A DNA stretch of 32,000 nucleotides from an uncultured Actinomycetes bacterium (GTDB lineage Bacteria > Actinomycetota > Actinomycetes > S36-B12 > CAIYMF01), in the NCBI GenBank assembly GCA_963843975.1, contig CAWJMG010000001.1, positions 570,001 through 602,000 of the forward strand, given 5' to 3'. The translations under genes and the position numbers were made by a program. The notes under the pieces were generated by a model. That model was not told where the DNA came from. It worked only from the letters and a program-made list of their open reading frames with translations, and did no database searches. This document shows positions 8,049 to 17,213 of the stretch, in pieces; positions within the stretch are counted from its first letter, which is position 1; each line of letters opens with the position of its first letter.

Positions 8049-10367
8049 CTAGAGCTTCTCGACGGGGGCGTACCTGAGCAGGAGGCGCTTGGTGCCCTCG
8101 GCACCGAAGTCGATGGTCGCCTCGGACTTCTCCCCCATGCCCGACGTCGAGACCACGGTGCCGAGGCCGAACTTGTCGTGGGTGACGCGGTCACCGGCCG
8201 ACAGGCTCACGACCTCGCGGTTTCCGGGGCTCTTGGCACCGGGCCGCGTGGCGGCGGCCACGAGGGACGGCGCGGAGCCGAAGCCGCCGGTCGATGCGCG
8301 CTGGGCGTTGAAGCCGCCACCGGTCGAGACCGGGTCCTCGCGCTTCCAGTCGAGGAGCTCGGACGGCAGCTCGTCGAGGAACCGGCTCGGCGGGTTGAAG
8401 GACGGTGCGCCCCAGGCCGACCGCACGATCGCGCGGGAGACGTAGAGGCGCTGGCGGGCTCGCGTGATGCCGACGTAGGCCAGCCGGCGCTCCTCCTCGA
8501 GCTCGCGCGTGTCGCCCAGCGAGCGCATGTGCGGGAAGACGCCGTCCTCCATGCCCGTGAGGAACACCACGGGGAACTCGAGGCCCTTGGCGGTGTGCAG
8601 CGTCATGAGCGTGACGACGCCGCCGTGCTCCTCGGCGTCGGGGATCTCGTCGGAGTCGGCGACGAGCGACACGCGCTCGAGGAACTCGGTGAGCGTGCCC
8701 TCGGGGTTCTCCGTCTCGAACTCGCGCGCGACCGACTCGAGCTCGGCGAGGTTCTCGACGCGGGTCTCGTCCTGCGGGTCGGTGCTGCGCTGCAGCTCGG
8801 CGAGGTAGCCCGTCTGCTCGAGGACTGCGGCGAGGACGGTGGCCGGGCCGGAGCCCGCCTCGACCAGCGTGCGGAGGTCGGACATGAGCTGCACGAAGGA
8901 CTGGATCTGCGTGAGCGAGCGGGTCGCGATCATCGGCGCCTCGGACGCGCGGGCCAACGCCTCGCCGAACGTCACCCGCTCGCGCTGGGCGAGCACCTCG
9001 ACGACGGCCTCGACGCGGTCGCCGATCCCGCGCTTGGGGACGTTGAGGATCCGGCGCAGCGAGATGTCGTCGGCAGGGTTCGCCAGCGCCCGGAGGTAGG
9101 CGACCGCGTCGCGGATCTCCTTGCGCTCGTAGAAGCGCACGCCGCCGACCACCTTGTACGGCAGTCCGACGCGGATGAAGACCTCCTCCAGCGACCGCGA
9201 CTGCGCGTTCGTGCGGTAGAACACCGCGACGTCGCGCGCCGGGATGCCGTCCTCGTCGGAGAGCCGGTCGATCTCGGTCGCGACGAAGCTGGCCTCGTCG
9301 TGCTCGTTGTCGGCGACGTAGCCGACGATCTGCGGGCCGGAGCCAGCATCGGTCCAGAGCCGCTTCGGGCGTCGCGCGGTGTTGCGGGTGATGACGGCAT
9401 TGGCCGCGGTGAGGATGTTCTGGGTCGAGCGGTAGTTCTGCTCGAGCAGGACGGTGGTGGCGCTCGGGTAGTCGCGCTCGAACTCCTCGATGTTGCGGAT
9501 CGTCGCGCCGCGGAAGGCGTAGATGCTCTGGTCGGCGTCGCCGACGACGCAGAGCTGGCCGGGCGGTACGCCGTCGTCGCCCTTGCCGACGAGCTCGTTC
9601 ACGAGGACGTACTGCGCGTGGTTGGTGTCCTGGTACTCGTCGACGAGCACGTGGCGGAAGCGCCGGTGGTAGTGCTCGGCGACGTCGGGGAAGAGCTGCA
9701 GCACGGCGACCGTGGAGGAGATGAGGTCGTCGAAGTCGAACGCGTTCGCGCGGCGCAGGCGGCGCTGGTACTCGCCGTACGCCTCCGCCAGCGTCTTCTC
9801 CTGGTGGTTGGTGGCCTGGCCGGCGAACGTCTCGTGGTCGATGAGCTCGTTCTTCAGGTTGGACACCTGGTTGCTGAAGCCGCGCGGCGGGTAGCGCTTG
9901 GGGTCGAGGTCGAGGTCGCGGCACACGAGGGTCATGAGGCGCTGGCTGTCGGCGGAGTCGTAGATCGAGAACGACGACGTCATGCCGAGGCGCGGCGCCT
10001 CCTTGCGCAGGATGCGCACGCACGCGGAGTGGAACGTGGACACCCACATCACCCGGGCGCGGTTGCCGACGAGGTCGACGACGCGCTCGCGCATCTCGCC
10101 CGCGGCCTTGTTGGTGAAGGTGATCGCGAGGATCTCTCCGGGCTTGGCGTCGCCCGTGGCGAGCAGGTGCGCGATGCGGCGGGTCAGCACCCGGGTCTTG
10201 CCCGAGCCGGCTCCCGCGACGATGAGCAGCGGACCCCCGCGGTGCTCGACCGCCGCCCGCTGCTGCGGGTTGAGGTCGGACACGAGGTCGAGCACGCCGG
10301 CCCGCGGCGCAGGCGCCGGCTCGGGGTCGGGCGTCGGGAGGCCGAGGTCGTCGAAGAGGGAGGTCAT
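8049..10367 (-). CDS. pcrA: ATP-dependent DNA helicase PcrA/UvrD family
   Basis: 772-aa ORF. It carries LNPQQRAAVEHRGGPLLIVAGAGSGKTRVLTRRIAHL (Walker A), VLVDEYQDTN (motif II), and TLHTAKGLEFPVVF and YVGITRA (motifs V/VI). Confidence 0.93.
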   Translation of the reverse strand: MTSLFDDLGLPTPDPEPAPAPRAGVLDLVSDLNPQQRAAVEHRGGPLLIVAGAGSGKTRVLTRRIAHLLATGDAKPGEILAITFTNKAAGEMRERVVDLVGNRARVMWVSTFHSACVRILRKEAPRLGMTSSFSIYDSADSQRLMTLVCRDLDLDPKRYPPRGFSNQVSNLKNELIDHETFAGQATNHQEKTLAEAYGEYQRRLRRANAFDFDDLISSTVAVLQLFPDVAEHYHRRFRHVLVDEYQDTNHAQYVLVNELVGKGDDGVPPGQLCVVGDADQSIYAFRGATIRNIEEFERDYPSATTVLLEQNYRSTQNILTAANAVITRNTARRPKRLWTDAGSGPQIVGYVADNEHDEASFVATEIDRLSDEDGIPARDVAVFYRTNAQSRSLEEVFIRVGLPYKVVGGVRFYERKEIRDAVAYLRALANPADDISLRRILNVPKRGIGDRVEAVVEVLAQRERVTFGEALARASEAPMIATRSLTQIQSFVQLMSDLRTLVEAGSGPATVLAAVLEQTGYLAELQRSTDPQDETRVENLAELESVAREFETENPEGTLTEFLERVSLVADSDEIPDAEEHGGVVTLMTLHTAKGLEFPVVFLTGMEDGVFPHMRSLGDTRELEEERRLAYVGITRARQRLYVSRAIVRSAWGAPSFNPPSRFLDELPSELLDWKREDPVSTGGGFNAQRASTGGFGSAPSLVAAATRPGAKSPGNREVVSLSAGDRVTHDKFGLGTVVSTSGMGEKSEATIDFGAEGTKRLLLRYAPVEKL

Positions 10368-10411
10368 CGCCGGGCAAGTCTAGGCGCGGACGCCGACGGC
10401 GACCGCCTCGG

Positions 10412-12262
10412 TCAGGCCGCCCAGCCGACGACGGCTGCGCGCACGTGCGAGCCCGAGGTGTACGTCGAGAACGCGACCGCCCCGGCCGGGCCGAGGGGCA
10501 CCAGCACGAGCTCGTGCGACGCCGTGCCCGCGTTGTAGGCGACGGCGGGGAGCGCACCCGAGCCGGTGATCGTGAGGGTCCCGGCCGAGGCGCCGCCGGT
10601 GGCCGTCACCGACAGCAGCACCGCGCGTGCACCGGCCGGGATGCCGGCCTTGCCGACGAGGGCGACGTACCGCTTGCCACCCTTGGGCAGCGCGCCGGTG
10701 ATGCCGAGGTCCTGGGCCGAGTCGACGACGGTCAGCGGGGCCGACAGCATCCGGGTGCGGGCTCCGCCGGTGGTGGACGACGTCGTGAACCAGCCCTGGA
10801 GCCGCACTGACACGGAGACCGCAGCGGCGCTCGCGTTCTTGAGGACGATCCGGCCGTCCGCGGTCGGGATGATGAGCGGTGCCGAGCGCTGCAGCGTCGT
10901 CGACGTGCGCAGCTGACCGACGGCGAGCGTCGACCCGGGGCTGTAGGCGTAGACGGTGCCGGCCTTGGCCGCCTTGCTCGTCACGAGCGTGACGGCGACT
11001 CCGCGCAGGTCCGCTCCCGGCATGCCCGCGGAGCCGGAGAGGTCGACGGTGCGCGTCTCGCCCGGCTCGAGGGGTGCCTGGGCGCCGTCGACGACCGTGG
11101 TCGGCGCGATGAGCCGGGTCGGACCGCTCACCGAGATCGCAGCAGAGGCAGCCCCCGACGGGACGACGAGCGGGGGCGCCCAGCCGACGATGTCGACGCG
11201 CGCCTCGGCCGAGCCGCGATCGAGCGACAGGCGCACGGTGCCGTCGCCGGCGACAGGGACGACGACGGTGGAGCTGTACGAGCCGCTCGACGGGGACGTC
11301 ACGGCGGGGACGGGCGGGGAGGTCGAGGTGGACCGGACCCGCAGCGTCGGGCGCGGAGCGCTCGAGGCCCACGAGGTCACGCGCAGCGCGACGGTGGCGA
11401 CGCCGGTGTCGGGCACCTCGCCCTGCCCCGTCACGTCGAGCACGAGGCTGCTCGAGTCGTTCGACCAGCGGGGCGCACCGACGCGGCACGGCTGCTCGAG
11501 GCCGGTGCCGGTGCGGGTGTCGAGGACGCGCACCGGGGTCACGGGCACCAGGTCGCCGCCGGCGACCGGGGCGCTCGGCTCGGGGCCCCAGCCCGACCGG
11601 CAGGTGGGGTTGACCGGGCTCCCGCTCCAGAACGAGGTGAGCGCCATCGCGCCCTCCCACGTGAGGGAGATGTGCACGTGGCTGCGGTGGCACTCGTTGT
11701 CGTACGCCGTGCCCGCCTTGCTCGCGGCGTAGCAGCCGCGCAGCTCGTCCCAGCCGCGGCCGACGTCGTACCCGCGCCACATCTGGTTGTTCCAGCCGAT
11801 GTACATGACGCCGAGGCGGCGGGCCATCGCGGCCTCGTTGCCGTTCGCGTCCGTGGCGAGGAGCCACTTCAGGAAGGCGGTGGCCTTGGCCTTCTGCACG
11901 GGGTTGCGCGCCGACACCATCCAGTCGAGGGCGCGTCCCTCCTTGTGCTCGCTCGTGCCGCCCTGGCCGCAGGCCCGGACGATGCCGACGGAGTACGGGC
12001 CGTAGGTGGTCACCAGCAGCTTCGCCAGCTTGGCCGTCCCGGGCTTGGCCACGGGCGAGCAGGAGCTCTGCTCCTGGTAGTCGGCGTACGTGTCGACCGT
12101 GACCGGGAGCGCCGGGCTCGTGGGCACGGTCGCGGTGGGCGTCACGGGGACGGCGGCAGCGCCGGGGACCACTGCCGAGAGCGCGAGGACGAGGCCTGCG
12201 GCGACGACCCCTGCGACCCCCCGCAGGGTGCGCGGGCACGCGGCAGCAGGGCTCGGGCTCAT
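10412..12262 (-). CDS. secreted protein: N-terminal LAS-type (M15/VanY-like) zinc peptidase module plus three tandem ~115-125-aa repeat modules
   Basis: 616-aa ORF with a signal peptide (RTLRGVAGVVAAGLVLALSAVVPGAAA). Motifs SEHKEGRALDW (aa 104-114) and CHRSHVHISL (aa 191-200) are present. Three repeats (about aa 238-362, 376-492 and 503-615) each end in xGW(A/F). Confidence 0.75.
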   Translation of the reverse strand: MSPSPAAACPRTLRGVAGVVAAGLVLALSAVVPGAAAVPVTPTATVPTSPALPVTVDTYADYQEQSSCSPVAKPGTAKLAKLLVTTYGPYSVGIVRACGQGGTSEHKEGRALDWMVSARNPVQKAKATAFLKWLLATDANGNEAAMARRLGVMYIGWNNQMWRGYDVGRGWDELRGCYAASKAGTAYDNECHRSHVHISLTWEGAMALTSFWSGSPVNPTCRSGWGPEPSAPVAGGDLVPVTPVRVLDTRTGTGLEQPCRVGAPRWSNDSSSLVLDVTGQGEVPDTGVATVALRVTSWASSAPRPTLRVRSTSTSPPVPAVTSPSSGSYSSTVVVPVAGDGTVRLSLDRGSAEARVDIVGWAPPLVVPSGAASAAISVSGPTRLIAPTTVVDGAQAPLEPGETRTVDLSGSAGMPGADLRGVAVTLVTSKAAKAGTVYAYSPGSTLAVGQLRTSTTLQRSAPLIIPTADGRIVLKNASAAAVSVSVRLQGWFTTSSTTGGARTRMLSAPLTVVDSAQDLGITGALPKGGKRYVALVGKAGIPAGARAVLLSVTATGGASAGTLTITGSGALPAVAYNAGTASHELVLVPLGPAGAVAFSTYTSGSHVRAAVVGWAA

Positions 12263-12422
12263 ACAGGAGTCATCGGCGCCGCTGCGGGCCGACTTTCGGC
12301 CGTCGCCCTACGATGACGGGGCAGTTGACCCGTACGGCGGAATCCGACGGGGACGTCGGGGCGTTGTCCCCGGAAGCCGGACGGCCGGGATCCCCCGGAC
12401 GGCGGCCCCACGAGGAGGAACC

Positions 12423-13145
12423 GTGCTCGACGACACCGAGGTGTCCCGCGTCCTGGTCGTCACGGCCCACCCCGACGACGTCGACTTCGGCGCCTCCGGC
12501 ACCATCGCCGGCTGGGTCGAGGCCGGTATCGAGGTGACGTACTGCGTCATCACCGACGGCGACGCCGGTGGCTTCGACCCCGCCGTCCCGCGCGCCGACA
12601 TCCCCGGCATCCGCCGCGCCGAGCAGGTCGCCGCCGGGGCCGCGGTGGGCGTGACCGACGTCCGCTTCCTCGGCTACCGCGACGGCGAGCTGACGGTGAC
12701 CCACGGCCTGCGCCGCGACATCAGCCGCGTGATCCGCCAGGTGCGCCCGCAACGCATGCTGATCCAGACCCCGGAGCGGAACTGGGCGCGGATCCCGGCG
12801 TCGCACCCCGACCACATGGCGGCCGGGGACGCCGCGATCCAGGCCGTCTACCCCGATGCCCGCAACCCGTTCGCGCACACCTCCCTGCTCGGTGACGAGG
12901 GGCTCGAGGCGTGGTCGGTGCAGGAGATCTGGGTCATGGGCCACCCCACGCTGACCCACAACGTCGACATCACCGAGCACTTCCCGAAGAAGATCGCGGC
13001 ACTGCGGGCGCACGAGTCGCAGACCGCGCACATGCCCGACCTCGAGGGCTTCATCCGCGGGTGGGGCACCCGCCTCGCGGCCGACGCCGGCTTCGCCGAG
13101 GGCCGCATCGCCGAGGGCTTCTTCATCAGCGAGATGCCCGGCTGA
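12423..13145 (+). CDS. PIG-L (LmbE-like) family deacetylase
   Basis: Frame of track ORF 12090..13145. The GTG at 12423 is preceded by GAGGAGGAA. N-terminus VLVVTAHPDDVDFGASGTIA, followed by YCVITDGDAGG...HPDHMAAG... Confidence 0.85.
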   Translation: MLDDTEVSRVLVVTAHPDDVDFGASGTIAGWVEAGIEVTYCVITDGDAGGFDPAVPRADIPGIRRAEQVAAGAAVGVTDVRFLGYRDGELTVTHGLRRDISRVIRQVRPQRMLIQTPERNWARIPASHPDHMAAGDAAIQAVYPDARNPFAHTSLLGDEGLEAWSVQEIWVMGHPTLTHNVDITEHFPKKIAALRAHESQTAHMPDLEGFIRGWGTRLAADAGFAEGRIAEGFFISEMPG

Positions 13146-13152
13146 CCGACCT

Positions 13153-13166
13153 CCCGCCTAGGCGGG
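13153..13166. terminator. perfect 14-bp palindrome CCCGCCTAGGCGGG spanning the stop codon of the GGDEF gene, between convergent genes
   Basis: Read directly. It is self-complementary. The PIG-L stop is at 13143-13145 and the GGDEF gene stop at 13158-13160. Confidence 0.3.
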
Positions 13167-14375
13167 ATGCGTGTGGATGCCCGAGGCGCCCGGCGCCTTG
13201 GCCTCGTACAGCGCCGCGTCGAGGCGTCCGAGGGCGTCGTCGAGGCTCTCGAGCGGCTGCAGGTCGGTGACCCCGACCGAGAGCGACACGCGTACGTCGA
13301 CTCCGGCCACGACTCCCGAGACCGCGCCCACGGCTGTGCGGACGCGTTGCGCGGCCAGCTCCGCCTCCGCGACGCTGGCACCGGTCAGCAGCACGAGGAA
13401 GTCGTCCCCTCCGAAGCGCGACGGCACGTCGCGGTGGCGGAGGTTGGAGGCGACGGCGCGCGCGACGTCGTGCAGCACCGCGTCACCCGCGACGAACCCG
13501 ATGGCGTCGTTGACCTCGCGGAATCGGTCGATGTCGAGCATCAGCAGCGCGAGCGGAGCACCGGTGACCTGCGATCGGGCCTGCTCCTGGTAGACGACCG
13601 AGCGGAAGACGTCGTAGCGCAGCAGCCCGGTGGTCGGGTCCGACACGGTGGGGTTGGTGGTGCCCTGGTCGGTCAGCTGGCGGTGCAGCCACCACACCTG
13701 CAGGACGGCGAACGGCAGCAGCCACCACGACATGCGCACCAGCAGGCCCGCGACGACGCCGGTGAAGATCTGCGTGAGCATCGCGCGGTTCGCGAACGGC
13801 TCGAGCACGGGCGACTCGCGCGGCGGGATCCCGACCACGCGCCAGAGCAGCACGGTGATCGAGAGGCCCGCGCCGATCCACCACGCCACGGCGCCGCACA
13901 GCACCTGCAGCGCAAGGAGAGCGGTGGGATCGATGTCGGGCGCGGCGCGGACGGCCGACCAGCCCGCGACGGACATCGCCGACACGGCGCAGAGCATGGG
14001 CACGAGCAGGAGCGCCATGTTGACGACGAGGCGCCTCCAGGGACGGAGGACGTACTCGGCAAGGGCGAGCACGAGCAGGGCCCAGGTCGGTGCCAGGACC
14101 AGCGCCGCGACCTGCATCGCGGTGGTGGCCGACACGAGCACCTGCGCGCTGGTGCCGTAGCCGACCGGCACCCGGTTGCGATCGGCCAGCGTGATCAGCC
14201 CGGCGAGCGGCACGACGAGCCACGGCCAGCCGTCGACCGGCACGAGCGGGTGCTGCAGGACGACGCCGACCGCGCACACCGCGATGACGGCGCCGCAGAC
14301 GAGCAGCAGTCGGGTGGAGATGTCCTGGTCCTGACGGCGCCGGCCGTCCTGCGCCCGTCGCCCGCTGTCCGGCAC
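13158..14375 (-). CDS. membrane-anchored GGDEF-domain protein (diguanylate cyclase-like; motif is GGDDF)
   Basis: 405-aa ORF with a GTG start after GGGGAG. The N-terminal ~235 aa is hydrophobic and multi-pass. The C-terminal part is LMLDIDRFREVNDAIGFVAGDAVL...RHRDVPSRFGGDDFLVLL. Confidence 0.85.
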   Translation of the reverse strand: MPDSGRRAQDGRRRQDQDISTRLLLVCGAVIAVCAVGVVLQHPLVPVDGWPWLVVPLAGLITLADRNRVPVGYGTSAQVLVSATTAMQVAALVLAPTWALLVLALAEYVLRPWRRLVVNMALLLVPMLCAVSAMSVAGWSAVRAAPDIDPTALLALQVLCGAVAWWIGAGLSITVLLWRVVGIPPRESPVLEPFANRAMLTQIFTGVVAGLLVRMSWWLLPFAVLQVWWLHRQLTDQGTTNPTVSDPTTGLLRYDVFRSVVYQEQARSQVTGAPLALLMLDIDRFREVNDAIGFVAGDAVLHDVARAVASNLRHRDVPSRFGGDDFLVLLTGASVAEAELAAQRVRTAVGAVSGVVAGVDVRVSLSVGVTDLQPLESLDDALGRLDAALYEAKAPGASGIHTHPA

Positions 14376-14400
14376 TTCTCCCCGCCCCAGTCAGCTCGTA

Positions 14401-15381
14401 CTAGACGCGGTCGCCCTCGAACATGCTCGTGACCGAGCCGTCGGTGAAGACCTCCTGGATCGCGCGCGCGATGAGCGGCGCCACCGGCAGGACGGTGAGC
14501 TTGTCGAAGCGTCGGTCCTCGGGGATCGGCAGCGTGTCGGTGACGATGACCTCGCGGACGCGGCTGTTGGCGAAGCGCTCCTTGGCCGGGCCGGACAGGA
14601 TCGCGTGCGTCGCGGCGACGATGACGTCCTTCGCGCCGTTCTCGAACAGCTGGTCGGCCGCCTTCACGATCGTGCCGCCGGTGTCGATCATGTCGTCGAT
14701 GACGACGCACACGCGTCCCTCGACGTCACCGACGACCTCGAAGACCTTGGCCTCGTTGGGAACATCGGGATCGCGGCGCTTGTGGATGATCGCGAGCGGG
14801 GCGCCGAGCAGGTCGGTCCACCGCTCGGCGACGCGCACACGGCCGGCGTCGGGGGACACGACGGTGATCTCGTTACGGTCGATGTGCTGGGCGACGTACT
14901 TCACGAGGAGCGGCAGCGCGAAGAGGTGGTCGACGGGGCCGTCGAAGAAGCCCTGGATCTGCGCGGTGTGCAGGTCGACGGCCATGAGGCGGTCGGCGCC
15001 CGCGGTGCGGAAGAGGTCGGCGATGAGGCGGGCCGAGATCGGCTCGCGGCCACGGTGCTTCTTGTCCTGGCGCGCGTAGCCGTAGAACGGCATGACCACG
15101 GTGATGCGCTTGGCCGAGGCGCGCTTGAGCGCGTCGACCATGAGCAGCTGCTCCATGATCCACTTGTTGATCGGCTCGGTGTGGCTCTGCAGCACGAACG
15201 CGTCGCAGCCGCGGACGGACTCCTCGAAGCGCACGAAGATCTCGCCGTTGGCGAAGTCGTACGCCTGCGTGTCGACGAGCTCGACGCCGAGCTCCTTCGC
15301 CACGTGCTCGGAGAGCTCGGGGTGCGAGCGCCCTCCGATGAGGACGAGCCGCTTCTGGCTGGTCTGGACGATGCCGGTCAC
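14401..15381 (-). CDS. prs: ribose-phosphate diphosphokinase (PRPP synthetase)
   Basis: 326-aa ORF. It carries [22 protein letters not shown] and [11 protein letters not shown]. The GTGA start/stop overlap couples it to glmU. Confidence 0.95.
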   Translation of the reverse strand: MTGIVQTSQKRLVLIGGRSHPELSEHVAKELGVELVDTQAYDFANGEIFVRFEESVRGCDAFVLQSHTEPINKWIMEQLLMVDALKRASAKRITVVMPFYGYARQDKKHRGREPISARLIADLFRTAGADRLMAVDLHTAQIQGFFDGPVDHLFALPLLVKYVAQHIDRNEITVVSPDAGRVRVAERWTDLLGAPLAIIHKRRDPDVPNEAKVFEVVGDVEGRVCVVIDDMIDTGGTIVKAADQLFENGAKDVIVAATHAILSGPAKERFANSRVREVIVTDTLPIPEDRRFDKLTVLPVAPLIARAIQEVFTDGSVTSMFEGDRV

Positions 15382-16889
15382 TGGGCCTGCTCCTCGTGCG
15401 TGCTGTCACTGCTGTCACCGGGGGCGGCGGGCGCCGTCCCGGAAGCCTTGTGCGCCGTGGCCGCGGCTGCCGCCTCGGCAGCGGGGCTGCCCGGGCGGCG
15501 GCGCTCGACCCAGCCCTCGATGTTGCGCTGGCGCGCGCGGGCCACGGCCATCGCACCGGGCGGGACCTCGTCGGTGACGGTGGAGCCGGCGGCGGTGTAG
15601 GCGCCGTCCCCGATCGTCACGGGGGCGATCAGCATGGAGTCGCTGCCGATGCGGACGTGGTCGCCGATGACCGTGCGGTGCTTGTCGACGCCGTCGTAGT
15701 TGACGGTGATGGTGCCGGCGCCGAGGTTGGAGCCGACGCCCACCTCGGTGTCGCCGACGTACGACAGGTGCGGCACCTTCGAGCCGTCGCCGATGACCGC
15801 GTTCTTGGCCTCGACGTACGCACCGAGCTTGGCCTTCGCTCCGAGCACCGTGCCGGGGCGGACGAACGTGAACGGGCCGACCGTGGCGCCCGCGCCGATC
15901 TCCGCCGAGGTGACCTGGCTGCGGACGACGCTCGCACCCTCGCGCACGACGGCATCGGTCAGCGAGGAGTCGGGGCCGACGACCGCGCCGCGCGCCACCG
16001 TGGTGCGTCCGTGCAGCCCGGTGTTGCGCTCGACCTTCGAGTCGGCCTCGAGGACGACGTCGGAGTCGATCCACGTGGTGGCGGGGTCGACGATCGTGAC
16101 GCCCGCGCGCATCCACCGGGCGTTGGTGCGGTCGCGCAGGAGCGCCCGCGCCTCGGCCAGCTGCACGCGGTCGTTGACGCCCAGGGTCTCGGTGGCGTCG
16201 GCGGCGATGACGGCGGCGACCCGCAGCCCGGAGCCGACGTGCAGGCCGACGACGTCGGTGAGGTACTCCTCGCCCTGCGAGTTGTCCGTGGTGAGGCGGC
16301 CGAGCGCGTCGAGCAGCGCCGCGGCGTCGAACGCGTAGACGCCGCTGTTGACCTCGCGCACCGCGAGCTGGGCGGCCTCGGCGTCCTTGTGCTCGACGAT
16401 TGCGGAGACGGCGTCGCCGTCGCGGATCACGCGGCCGTAGCCGGTCGGGTCGTCGACGACCGCGGTGAGCACGGTTGAGGCAGCACCGGAAGCGGCGTGG
16501 GCGTCGACGAGCGCGGCCAGCGTGGCGGTGGTGAGCAGCGGGGTGTCGCCGGCGACGACGAGCACCGGGCCGCTCCCGCTGAGCGTGACGCCCGAGGCAG
16601 CAAGGCCCTCGAGGGCGACGCGGACGGCGTGACCGGTGCCGTTCTGCTGCTCCTGGACGACGGCCAGCGCGTCCGGCGCGACCACCGCGAGGTGGGCCGT
16701 GACCTGCTCGCGGGCGTGCCCGACGACGACCACCAGGTGCTCGGGATCGAGGCCCTGCACCGAGGCCAGCACGTGGCCGAGGAGGCTGCGCCCCGCGACG
16801 TCGTGGAGGACCTTCGGCGTCGTCGACACCATGCGGGTTCCCTCACCGGCGGCAAGGACGACCACGGCGGACGGTCGTGGGCTGCTCAC
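15378..16889 (-). CDS. glmU: bifunctional UDP-N-acetylglucosamine diphosphorylase / glucosamine-1-phosphate N-acetyltransferase
   Basis: 503-aa ORF. N-terminus [11 protein letters not shown], left-handed beta-helix hexapeptide repeats in the C-terminal half, and an actinobacterial-style Ala/Pro tail. Confidence 0.95.
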   Translation of the reverse strand: MSSPRPSAVVVLAAGEGTRMVSTTPKVLHDVAGRSLLGHVLASVQGLDPEHLVVVVGHAREQVTAHLAVVAPDALAVVQEQQNGTGHAVRVALEGLAASGVTLSGSGPVLVVAGDTPLLTTATLAALVDAHAASGAASTVLTAVVDDPTGYGRVIRDGDAVSAIVEHKDAEAAQLAVREVNSGVYAFDAAALLDALGRLTTDNSQGEEYLTDVVGLHVGSGLRVAAVIAADATETLGVNDRVQLAEARALLRDRTNARWMRAGVTIVDPATTWIDSDVVLEADSKVERNTGLHGRTTVARGAVVGPDSSLTDAVVREGASVVRSQVTSAEIGAGATVGPFTFVRPGTVLGAKAKLGAYVEAKNAVIGDGSKVPHLSYVGDTEVGVGSNLGAGTITVNYDGVDKHRTVIGDHVRIGSDSMLIAPVTIGDGAYTAAGSTVTDEVPPGAMAVARARQRNIEGWVERRRPGSPAAEAAAAATAHKASGTAPAAPGDSSDSTHEEQAQ

Positions 16890-17043
16890 GAGGGCGTCAC
16901 TGCTCTCCAGGTGGGCGGGCGAGGCGTGCTCACCCTACCCCGCGGGCGGACCCGCCCGACGCCCGACCACGGACCGGCCACCACCCGCCGGTCGGACGGC
17001 GTCCACGCGGCCTTCGCCGGCCGTTCGCCGACCTGCCGCAGCG

Positions 17044-17120
17044 CTCCCGGGGCAGGAATCGAACCTGCGTCGTACCCGCATTCAAAGTGCGGTCGCCCCT
17101 GCCAGCAGAGCAACCCGGGA
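17044..17120 (-). tRNA. tRNA-Gln (anticodon UUG)
   Basis: Hand fold of the minus strand. Acceptor is TCCCGGG/CCCGGGA with discriminator G. Anticodon arm is CCGCA-CTTTGAA-TGCGG with TTG at positions 34-36. T arm is GCAGG-TTCGATT-CCTGC. No CCA is encoded. It sits upstream of glmU, as I remember for mycobacteria. Confidence 0.8.
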
Positions 17121-17213
17121 AGGTCTCGCGCACCCAGGGTAGAGCGCCGCGGAGGGCTCCCGGCGGCCCCGACCAGGGCTCCGTCCCACGGCGGGAGGCC
17201 CCGGAGCGGCAGG

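Noticed and set aside
8040-10557. 832-aa (+) and 788-aa (-) ORFs overlapping pcrA
   Set aside because: They are antisense and alternate-frame shadows of the clearly motif-bearing PcrA ORF. Their composition is dominated by Arg, Gly and Pro.
12263-12422. Possible ydaO/c-di-AMP-like riboswitch in the divergent LAS-peptidase / PIG-L spacer (GGCGGAAUCCGACGGGGACGUCGGGG...)
   Set aside because: Only the first third resembles the motif (GAAUCC, ACGGGGA). The segment is too short, and the conserved 3' half (CCGA.CCG.CAGCUAAC-like) is absent. Short GC hairpins here are expected by chance.
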